The notes under the pieces: generated by a model
Database searches by the model: none
What the model saw: the letters and a program-made list of their open reading frames with translations, nothing else
What the model was told of the DNA's origin: nothing
Assembly: GCA_037379345.1 (NCBI GenBank)
Contig: CM074517.1
Span: forward strand, 44,748,577 to 44,812,576
Reading direction: 5' to 3'
DNA: 64,000 nucleotides
Source: Perna viridis
Taxonomy: Eukaryota
Shown here: in pieces, positions 12,466-21,807 of the stretch
Numbering within the stretch: position 1 is the first letter of the stretch
Layout: each line of letters opens with the position of its first letter
Position numbers and translations under genes: made by a program

Positions 12466-13211
12466 CTAGATTGTATCGATATTTCGCTGCCGTCTTGGGG
12501 CTCGTGAGATCGATGGTCAGAATCCATGAGACTTGGACCAGCAGTGGTCGCATAGGGAATCGAATTGAGCCGGGGTGAGATCGCCGCAATGGTCCCAGCG
12601 GATATGATCGCTATTCTTGGCATCCTGCTCGAAGAGGCAGATGAAGTTGGCATTCTCCCGGATCGATTGCCGCGGGAGCTTGAAGTAATTTTGGCAGAGA
12701 TAAAAGCAGTCCACGTTATTATGGCGGCCGCGCACGTAGTAGTCTTCATACTTGCTCTGCTTGCTCAGCATCAAATCGTCGTAGACCATGAGATTCTTGC
12801 GGGTGGAATCGAGCTCTAAAGGATCGGGCACGTCGCTCGCCTGCTCAAAGAAGAAAGGTTCGATACCGCTAGGCTTGGACGGTGGCTTCATCACCTCCAC
12901 CACGTCTACCAAACAGAGTGGGGATAGCGATCCTTGATGGTGAGAAGATCGCGGATATCGTCTTTCGAAAACCCCTTCCCAAACGCCCGCCGCAGTAGCT
13001 AGTAGATGGGCTGGTGGAGTGATTTTCCGAAGACGTAGAATCGATCGTAGTCGAGCCATCCATCGGGCAGGAGGAGGTTATTCAGCAGCGTTGTCTTGCC
13101 GCAGTCCGATTTCCCGATGATCAGACCTCGGATAGATCGCTGCGGGAGGAGAAAGTGGTTATGCAGACGACTCGCGGTGGGCTCATCGTAGGTAAGGTCT
13201 TCAACGTCCAT
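12377..13211 (-). pseudogene. A32/FtsK-like genome packaging ATPase, disrupted
   Basis: Walker A LIIGKSDCGKTT; Walker B LMVYDD; RGRHNN, QNYFKLPRQSIRENAN. Split over ORFs 12999-13211, 12517-13059 and 12377-12589. Confidence 0.9.
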
Positions 13212-13224
13212 TTATCTATATAAA

Positions 13225-13737
13225 ATGGCAATGTACTGCTTGAAATGCAAGAGGAAGACGGAGACGAATAGTCACGCCGTGATCACGAGCAATGTCGGAT
13301 GGCGGCAGCGGAAGGTGGGGACCTGCGCCGAGTGCGGTACGCGGAAGTCGCAATTCATCAAGACGAAGGAGGGCGCCGGACTCGTGAATAAGCTGATCAA
13401 TCGGATGCCCGTCGAAATGCATCTGCCTGGGCATAATTTCACCGGTCCGGGGACAAGACTCAGCATGCAACTCGATGCCGACGGCACCCCCAAACCTTGG
13501 TCGAGGCCCATCAATCGAATCGATGAGGCCGCCTATCGCCACGATATTTGTTATGCCAAGCACAAGGATACGGCCGCACACAATTCGATCTGCGATAAGA
13601 CGATGCTAGCCTCCCTCGATGCCATCCCCAATCCCACCGCACACGAGCGCTTCGAGCGTGGCATCGTCAAACCCATCATCGGCACTAAAGCGCGATTTGG
13701 GCTGGTCGTGGGAGGAAAAAAAGTACGGACGAGCTAG
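13225..13737 (+). CDS. Zinc ribbon plus parvovirus VP1-type phospholipase A2 domain protein
   Basis: YCLKC...CAECG zinc ribbon; HNFTGPGT Ca-loop-like motif; DEAAYRHDICY catalytic HD motif and downstream D. Confidence 0.85.
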   Translation: MAMYCLKCKRKTETNSHAVITSNVGWRQRKVGTCAECGTRKSQFIKTKEGAGLVNKLINRMPVEMHLPGHNFTGPGTRLSMQLDADGTPKPWSRPINRIDEAAYRHDICYAKHKDTAAHNSICDKTMLASLDAIPNPTAHERFERGIVKPIIGTKARFGLVVGGKKVRTS

Positions 13738-14578
13738 CCGAAGAGCTGCATAAGCCAGTCCAACGTAACTTTCAGAAGATCGCGTGGTGGTAGGTGGGGT
13801 GGACGAGACCTGGGTTGCCGATCTCGTAGATATGAGCGCCTTCTCCCGCGATAACCGAGGCTTCAAGTATCTCTTGAGCATCATCGACGTCTTCTCCAAG
13901 TACGACTGGCTGGTGCCGCTCAAGAATAAGAGAGGCGCCACGGTGCGAGATGCCTTACGGACCGTCTTCAAGGATCGCACGCCCGAGAAGCTATGGACCG
14001 ATAAGGGGACGGAATTTTATAATCGCGAGATGAAGGATCTGCTCAAGAAGCACGGCATAGATCTCTACTACACAGAGAACGAAGAGAAATCAAGCGTGGT
14101 GGAGCGTTGGAATCGTACCATGAAGGAGAAGATGTTCAAATATTTCTGGGCCAATTCCACGCGCACCTACCTTCCCGTCTTGGACCATCTCGTCCACCAG
14201 TATAATACCACCAAGCATCGATCCATCAAGATGACTCCCACCGCCGCCAGCGAGAAAGAGCACGAGACCAAGGTCTTCTGGAATCTTTACGGAGACCTCC
14301 CACCCATGCAGCCGCGGCGATTCGACGTGAGCGATAAGGTCCGAATCACCAAGAAAAAGAGCACCTTCGAGAATGGATATACTGCGCGATGGACGGAGGT
14401 CTTTACCATCGCCCAGGCCCTAGCGACGCAGCCACCCACCTACCGCCTCAAAGACTACGAGGGTGAGGAGATCAAAGGATCCTTCTACGAGCCCGAGCTT
14501 CAGCGCACCGATGAGGATATCTATCGCATCGAGAAAGAGAAAGAAAATCTTGAAAGTCAGAAAGTCAGAAAGTCTTGA
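13728..14578 (+). pseudogene. Retroviral-like (rve) DDE integrase, frameshifted near its N-terminus, chromodomain apparently lost
   Basis: DELAEELHKPVQRNF then WVADLVDM (D), LWTDKGTEF (D), VVERWNRT (E), GSFYEPELQ; ends shortly after IYRIEK. Confidence 0.92.
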
Positions 14579-14660
14579 TTTACGCATGCTTCAGCTCGAC
14601 GAAGACCCTTAATGCGTCCAGATCCGCCTGCAGGCGATCGTGAAGGGCTTTGGTGATAGG

Positions 14661-15050
14661 TTAGTTGTCGGTCCGAGGAAGTGGGAGATTTAGCAGGTGA
14701 TATTTTTGCATGTCTAGATCCACATTCACCTTGCCGCCATTGGTCGAGACGCAATCTGACTTATCGACTTTGCCATCTTCTACGGCGATCAGCTTTTTGG
14801 TAAGATCTTTGATCGATGCGTCATACTCCCTCTGCTTCCGCTTGATGGTCACCTGGATCTGCTTACATTCCAAATCTAGCTCGTCGATGTCTTTCATGCC
14901 GTCTTTCAATTGTTGGGTGACCCCTCGCTTCGTCACGGCGTCCGAGCTGTCTCGGGGCAAACCGAGGCTGGTGATCTGATGATCTTTCATATCCTGAAGC
15001 ATCCGCCAGACGGGCATGCGCTTTCTCGAGTGAGATCCAAACTTATCCAT
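14661..15050 (-). CDS. Fibre-like / trimeric stalk-repeat protein
   Basis: Two motifs, DMKDHQITSLGLPRDSSDAVTK and DMQKYHLLNLPLPRTDN, resemble tail-fibre/adhesin neck repeats and are separated by a coiled coil; preceded by TAGATAAATG. Confidence 0.5.
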   Translation of the reverse strand: MDKFGSHSRKRMPVWRMLQDMKDHQITSLGLPRDSSDAVTKRGVTQQLKDGMKDIDELDLECKQIQVTIKRKQREYDASIKDLTKKLIAVEDGKVDKSDCVSTNGGKVNVDLDMQKYHLLNLPLPRTDN

Positions 15051-15054
15051 TTAT

Positions 15055-15468
15055 CTATAGTCCGAAGATCACCTCTTCCAGCGTCCGACCTTCCGATAAG
15101 AGCTTCAGTACGTGCAGGCAAAAGTGCCCGCAGACCACGTCGCCGCGCCGCTGGAGCTCATCGGTATTATATCGAATTTCCGGCTGCAGATAGTCGACCA
15201 TCTTGTCGGGTGGAGGCAGGCCGTAGGAGTCGAAGTAGACTTTGAGTCCTCCACGCTTATACCAGCACGTCCAGTGCGTGCCGAAGCCATCGCGATCGTC
15301 GTGATTCAGGACGCCGCACTCGTTGGGTTGGGGGTTGGATGGTAGGGCACCGCGCATGAATACTCCTCTGAATCGAGGGATGCCTAGGGCCGTGGCGGCT
15401 TCCTCGAGCTCTATGTTGGAGAGGGGCTTGTGGGGGAGGAGGATACCTTGCACGCGTATGCTGCTCAT
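15055..15468 (-). CDS. Adenain-like cysteine maturation protease
   Basis: Catalytic motifs GTHW (H), YFDSYG (D), ELQ (Q) and CGHFC (C) in an intact 137-aa ORF. Confidence 0.93.
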   Translation of the reverse strand: MSSIRVQGILLPHKPLSNIELEEAATALGIPRFRGVFMRGALPSNPQPNECGVLNHDDRDGFGTHWTCWYKRGGLKVYFDSYGLPPPDKMVDYLQPEIRYNTDELQRRGDVVCGHFCLHVLKLLSEGRTLEEVIFGL

Positions 15469-15488
15469 TTATCTAGGTATGAGCATTC

Positions 15489-15576
15489 GCCAAGTGTGGG
15501 ATGGGCATCCACACCCGTCAGAACCTGCTAAATGCGGGATGGGCATCCGCACCCGTCAGAGAATGCTAAGTGCGGA
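15489..15576. repeat. 38-bp tandem repeat (~2.3 copies), each full unit forming a hairpin
   Basis: GGGATGGGCATCC(A/G)CACCCGTCAGA at 15498 and 15536; GCTAA(A/G)TGCGG at 15527 and 15565. Confidence 0.85.
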
Positions 15577-15592
15577 GGGGTGGTGGATGACC

Positions 15593-18500
15593 TCAGGCGT
15601 GGGCGATTCGATAGTGTCCGAGGGCGAGGGTGATAATGCCGTCCGGGAGGATGTGGCGCTTGTCATCTTTGGCGGAGAGAGCGATCTTGATCTCCTCCGT
15701 GTAGATCTGATGGAGATGGCTCCGGATGATATTCATCGGACGATGAATCTCCTGCTGGGTGTCAAGGCATCGCTTGTAGTCCTCGAAGGCGATGCTGCGC
15801 TTGGTGACTCCCTTTGCCTTCTTGATGGTCTCGTCATCCCCTACCTTGAAGGCATATAGCTTCGCCTGTAGCCCCACGAACTCGGTCATGGTCTTACCGC
15901 CGCACTCGTCCTTGAACATCCCGATGATCTTATTAACGTCAATGGGGATGTTGGGCGTATCGAATTTTTCCGGGATGTGTGGCGCGATGTCTTTGTAGAA
16001 GTCGGCGGTCTGGATTTCGTAGGCCAAGCTGTCTGTGTCGGTAAAGAGCAGCCGAACCTTATCGCCGTACGTCTTTCTCACGAATCCGTAGTGGAAGTCG
16101 TACATCAGGAGCTTCGAGATATCCAAGATGCAGGCTCCCAAGTAGATCGGCTTATCGAACTTCAGCTCGGTCTTCTTCATATGCACGGCTACAAGATTCT
16201 CGGTGAAGACGACCCTCCGCTCAAAGTTGGGTTTGGCCACGAGCTTCAGGGCCTGCTTCGCGGTGGTAACTAGTTTGACGTCGACGCGCTTCGGGATATT
16301 TTCCATCGTTTTGCCGAAGACCGAATTATTCATGAGCTTGAAAAACGCGTTCTCGGAGTCGGTCTTAACCGCGCCTCGAAGCTTCGTATTCAGCTCGATA
16401 TACGACTTGAGCCAGGGGGATTGCCTGAACCCTATGATGCGATGGACTTTGACGAGCTTCAAGCCCATCGATAAGTAGAGCTTGAGATTTCGATAGTGAA
16501 GGGCATATTTTTTCGCGCTTGCCTAGATGAGGCACGAGCTTGCGCACCTTGTCGATTTCCACGTTTTCCGGCGCGAGAGTGTGGTCGTTGTGGGCGTCGT
16601 GAAGATCTTGCAGATATTCCAGATTGCATTCCACTCTGGTTCCGTATTCGTGATCGTCTGGATACTCCAAGACCTTCTCGATCTCCTCCGGCTCCATCCA
16701 CTCGAAGTCTCCCGTGGGAAGGGGCTGTACCATCGCCCAACCGTAGAGGTTATTGGCGTCGAGGTAGGTGAGATATTTGGTTGGTTGGGAGTGATCGTAG
16801 TCGGCCATGTAGGGACCCCCTTCCTAATCATTAGCTCGTACTTATCGCTAAAGCATTCCCGAACCGCATTGAATTTATCGGGCGTGAGATTCTTCGCCAG
16901 ATTTTCGAGGTAGCTGAGCATGAATCTGCACGAATCGATGAATCTCATCTCCAGACCATCTTTTATCTGCTTCGAGAAGCTTATATGTTTCTCGTTCGTA
17001 TTCGGGATGCAGGTGATCTTTCCCCCGTTGAATTCCTTCACGAAAAGATGGGCATCGTACCCACTCAGGTTGTGGGGTATGATGGGCACGTGCTTCGGAA
17101 GCTGAAAATCTAGGTTGCACTGGTTGTGTGCCGCGCCCCGATACTTACCGGTGAGGTGGTCGTGGTCCCGGACCTGATCCCCATTCAATGCGAATGTGGA
17201 TGTGGCAGTGCGTGCTTTCTTCAAATCCCTCCTTATCCTCGTCGCTCATCTCCATCGGCTTCTTCTCCTTGCATATCTTGCTGATCGCCTGTACTTCCTC
17301 TTCGATGCATTGCACAAATATCTTGGCCGCCTCCTCCCCGCAGTAGACGACCGATTCCTTGTAGTCGCCGCAGGCATACTTCAGGCGATAGCAGAAACCT
17401 AACGGCCGGTGCTACTGATACTGCTTCGTGTAGGACTTGGTCGGGTCGGGCCGGCAGGTATCGATCTTCTCCGTGAAGCACTCAAAGTCCGCGTAGATCG
17501 CGAATGGGACTGTCATCTGCCTCTTGTGATTATGGAAGGCTATGGTGGATCCTTCTTCCGGCATCTCGATCCTGATCGCATCCTTCTGGCTGCAATATTC
17601 CATATGGTCCTCGAGAAGGTCCTGTCTGGCGATGTGGTAAAGGCATCTGCGGCAGAAGAAGAGCCCATGACCATGCTCTGAGATTTGGGAACTCAAAAGG
17701 CGTGATAAGCTCCTGATCCAGCAGTAATGCTGCTTGCCTTCGCGGGTCAGGAAGAGGAGATCTACGTGGGTGGGGCTCGTATTCTTTGATATCCTGAGGG
17801 GGTAAACCTGGAGATTCTCTTCTTCATCTTCACCCTTCTTTACGCCATCGAAGCCAAAAACGTTGACGTTGATGTTGGGGTTCTGCCTCTCGAATTTATC
17901 GATCGCCTTGAAGGAGACCATGAAGTCGACGCCTTCGAATTTTAGCTCACCCTTCCATCTCTTGTATTGAGCTACGCGGTTTGCTGACTTCTGGCCAATC
18001 TCATCGTAGTGTAGGGCTGCCAGCACCGCCCACTGGAAGCAACGATCATCCTCATTTTTCACATTGACGATCGCCATTTTTTTCGCGAGTGCCGATGGGG
18101 TTGCTATGAAGGAACCCCCCTTGATTGGCTTGAATTAGTTGAGATGGATTTCTAGCTTATCGATGCTGCTGAATGTCCACCCGCTCCCTTCCCACATGCA
18201 TCTTGCCATATTTTCCTTGACCTTCTCCATCATGAACGATCTCCAATTCGAGGTCGTCAGATTCCGCGACCATTGTCGTGCGTGATCGGAAGTAGGGGGT
18301 GAAGTAGCCAGTAGGTATTCTCCCCAGTCGCGGGGTTGGTTTTCACCATCTCTGCAAAGATCACTAAGTGAACTTTCAATCCCTTCTTTTGAGTGAGCGC
18401 GTTCGAGATGGCGGTGGTGATGGTGCTCCGACTACTTTGAGAAATGTGGTCACGTCGTGCGGCTTCGCGGGTTCGTTGACGACCGTACCAAATACACCAT

Positions 18501-19262
18501 TCAGATCTTCCCGCCTATGGGTGACCTTGTTCTCATCTTCGACTGGGGCGCTTTTGATGTCCTCTTCCACCAAATGGAGTAGATCGTCTCTCTTGAGCTG
18601 GGAATATTTGGTGAGGCCACAATTCTTTGCTAGCGCTTTGAGCTGCTTCTTGCTGAAGACTTCCTGGCGGGCAAATTTACGGGTGGTTTTCTTCTCGATG
18701 AGCTTCACCAAGGCCTCCTTGTTCTTCCTACTGACCCCCCTCAGACCCTCATCCTTAGCTATTTGACTGAGAGTCGTCATGGTCTCTTTTACCACCATCT
18801 TACCCTCGACTGGGATGACCTCCTCCTCCTCCTGCTGGCGTGGTTGCCTGCTATGCCTTCAGTAGAGACCATCCTTCCCGGGCTTGCTTTTGCAGAACTT
18901 CCCCTTCTTTCTCTTGAGTGGGACGCCGCAAGTGGTCTTCTGTTCCCCTGGTTGATGCTCAAATCGCGTCTTGGTTGATTGTGCACCGCAATTTTGACAC
19001 ATCTGGGTATGCTCATCCGTCTGCGTCACGTTGGGGATATCGCAGCACTCCCGCTGCCTTTGGGGGTTTGGAGTTGGAGTGGTATCCTCCAAATCTTCTT
19101 CATTCTCCAGAAAGAATTCCTGGTAGCGATTTATATTATCACTATTGGATGCCACCCCTTTATTCATTCAATCTGTGGCACATCTCTCTTTAAGGTGTCC
19201 TTATCCACATCCCCACTATCCTCAGCTGGGTCGACCTGACGTATGCTCTGTACGAAAGCCAT
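15593..19262 (-). pseudogene. polB: Protein-primed family B DNA polymerase with long N-terminal extension, multiply frameshifted
   Basis: Pol motifs YLDANNLYGWAM, KLMNNSVFGK and TDTDS; Exo motifs YADFE and HNLSGYD; endonuclease-VII-like DHDHLTGKYRGAAHNQCN; OTU-like VNVKNEDDRCFQWAV...HYCWI; C2H2 finger. Upstream ORFs 18376-18798 and 18859-19167 are in frame with each other; that they belong to the same gene is inference. Confidence 0.93.
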
Positions 19263-19381
19263 AATTTTTGTATTTACCCTATGCTCAATAAGGATGCCTT
19301 CCGTTTGCATTTGGCCGTCGGGGTTGGGGGTTTTATGCAGGATTTCTGCATGTGCGATAGAATCGGCCTTTTGACACTACT
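19252..19381 (-). repeat. Right terminal inverted repeat of the Polinton
   Basis: Reverse complement of 7938-8067; ends ...TTTTGACACTACT. Confidence 0.95.
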
Positions 19382-20112
19382 GATATTTGGAAGACAACAG
19401 AGATCTTGAATATACTCTAGCCATAAAGATTAAGGTATCGCTTTCGGTTTTGGATTCATTTGAAGTGATCGGTAACAGACTTTGTCATTTAAACTACGTG
19501 AACAATAAAAAGAGACTTCATGGGTGTTTATTGTCATGATACGATTGTTTCTTGAATTTTATGTCAAATTTGCAGCCAGGTTATCCAAAACCAATGAATT
19601 ATATTTTAAGATAATTTGTGTTAACAGTTATATGTAAACTGTTGTTTTGGGCATTTTAGGTATGTCTTCATATGACCTAGGAGAACTGACATTTGACTTT
19701 TAGATGGGGGTGGGGCTAGGATCTAATTTGAAATGAAAAGTCAGGATTGAATCTTTCAAGAAATTAAAAAACAGGACAAGCCTAACGAAAAAATAAAAAA
19801 AGACACAATCTATTATATTTAAAATTTTGGCGCTTTTCGCCGAAGAAAATATGCAGGACCTACATGTTTATTATCTCAATAAAAAGGTAGAGCATAACAT
19901 TTCCAATACATGGATATATTGCATTTTTGACAAGACACCCTCACTTTTTCCCATTCCTAATTCATTTGTTCATAGTTATACTGAAAAAAAAATCAAGATT
20001 ATTTTTAACTCTATGACAAATACATACGCCATCCAATTTATTTTGTGTTGTGCCTTCATAAATTTCATATGAAGAAATCTTATGGCTCTTAGTTTCTGCA
20101 CCTGTTCCTTGA

Positions 20113-20287
20113 CAGGGGCGGATCCAGGATTGAGTTTAGGGGAGGGGCGTTAATTGAATTAAATGCAGTGCAAAGCAAGGTAAAAATATTATGGGGCGAA
20201 ACTTGTGGTAAAATTTGTTTTTCTACCGATTTAGGTGGTGGGGGGGGGGGCGTACGCCCGGTACGCCAGTCCTTGGATCCGCGTCTG
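20113..20287. mobile_element. Short GC-rich MITE
   Basis: Termini CAGGGGCGGATCC / GGATCCGCGTCTG; flanks CTTGA / CTTGT (4/5 TSD). Confidence 0.7.
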
Positions 20288-21807
20288 CTTGTTAAGATAT
20301 ATATGTCCACTGGGGGTATATATAAGCTGGTGTAGTGCGCTAATGGAATGAACAATATAAAGACCTGAGCCAAACTTTTGCATGTCGCATAATTTGGTTA
20401 AATGTTTCAATTTTTTGAAAATAAAATTGCGGCAACTGAATTACAAAGAGCAGGGGACAAGGGATAAAAATAATGAAAAATTAAGTGAAACTTACTAAAA
20501 ATTTTCACATTGAAATTTGCGTCCATCAAATATACGACGATCTATTTTCATTTACCACCTCGATTCCAAATCTACCAGTGTCCCAATTCAGACCTATCGA
20601 CTCCATGTTGTTCCAGTACACACGCTTGTTTAGACACACAAAGAAGGCGGTGTTTGTTGATCTCACGTGACCATCTGTGTATGACGGAATCTCATTTGCA
20701 TACGACCAAATCTCGCTTGCGTCACGCAAAGTTAGAAATCGAAAGTAAATGGCTGCTGACTCTGGGTTAAGGCTTTCAAACTTCTTTTTAACGAGATTTG
20801 ATGACAAATAGCCGATAAAACACATCAGCATAAAGAAAAATGCATTCCGAATCGAAATAGGTATGCACCACCTACACGATTTCAACATGAAAGTCGTAAG
20901 AAGCGCGTGAAGGGCGATACTCCGCGGTACCGCTGAATCTCCAACTTTTTGTATGGCACATCGTTCTGACCCCAACCCGACATATCAATATCCAAATAAA
21001 AAAGGGGAGGGTTGCAGGGTCAGAGGAAATTCGGACTAAATCTACTGCTAACTGTTGTACAATAGAGGTGGACGGTTGTCCAAATGGCGCGACTAAATCG
21101 TTTTCAGCATTGAGGGATCGGTAAGTCAATGATCTTGTTCTTGTTGTGGCCTTTCTTTTACCAGTGTAGTGAACAGATATGGTTTTCACCTTACGTTTAC
21201 GGATTAATACCATTTTGAATTTTAAATTCCATGATGACATCAACATAATTAAAACAAAACGAAATAAAAAGTTCTACAAATATGGCGCTTGTGATGACAA
21301 TATTCCGAATGACGAAAAAGATCATGCTTTGCATAACTTAAAGTTGATTGGCCAGTTCATAAAAGACATAAAATGCCATGTACAAAAAAAACTCCTGTCT
21401 GTAGTTACTGTTAATAACGGTAATATTAATCTTGTGTTAGCCGCTATTAGCGTTAATGTAAATACTGTACAGTTTGAAAGTCTGTCTTTGTTAGCATTAG
21501 TAGCAGGCCAACAACACTAATAGATATCCACTAATAGTGGCTAATATGTCAGGAACGGGTGCTATGGCAGTGCCAAATATGGCATTTATTGAATATTAAA
21601 TTTCTAGATGCCACAATGTTGATATTTCTTTCGGAATCATTTCTAATCAATAAAACTAAATTACAGTAATAAATTTTTATTTCTGTTTTGTTTAAAGTTA
21701 TATTAACTTTTACAATAAGATGAATCAACATATAACGAAGACGGCTTGTATTGTGTGTTTTATGAAATAAAATTGAGAACGCCTTGATTTGGGTGATTGG
21801 GAACACC

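Larger units (their letters stand above)
7938..19381. mobile_element. Full-length Polinton/Maverick (adintovirus-like endogenous virus), ~11.4 kb, decaying
   Basis: 130-bp TIRs beginning AGTAGT; flanks TATATT (7932-7937) and GATATT (19382-19387) form a 5/6 TSD; contains pPolB, rve integrase, protease, ATPase and capsid genes; sharply higher GC than the flanks. Confidence 0.97.

Noticed and set aside
9795-18978. Numerous antisense and overlapping ORFs inside the Polinton
   Set aside because: They are shadows of GC-rich coding sequence on the other strand or frame and carry no recognisable motifs.
7938-19381. Bacterial prophage or contaminant contig
   Set aside because: The gene set, AGTAGT TIRs, TSD and a second copy embedded in host DNA identify a eukaryotic Polinton.
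20485-21520. Possible gene or transposase remnant in a mildly GC-rich patch
   Set aside because: The short ORFs on both strands have no motif I recognise and there are no clear termini.
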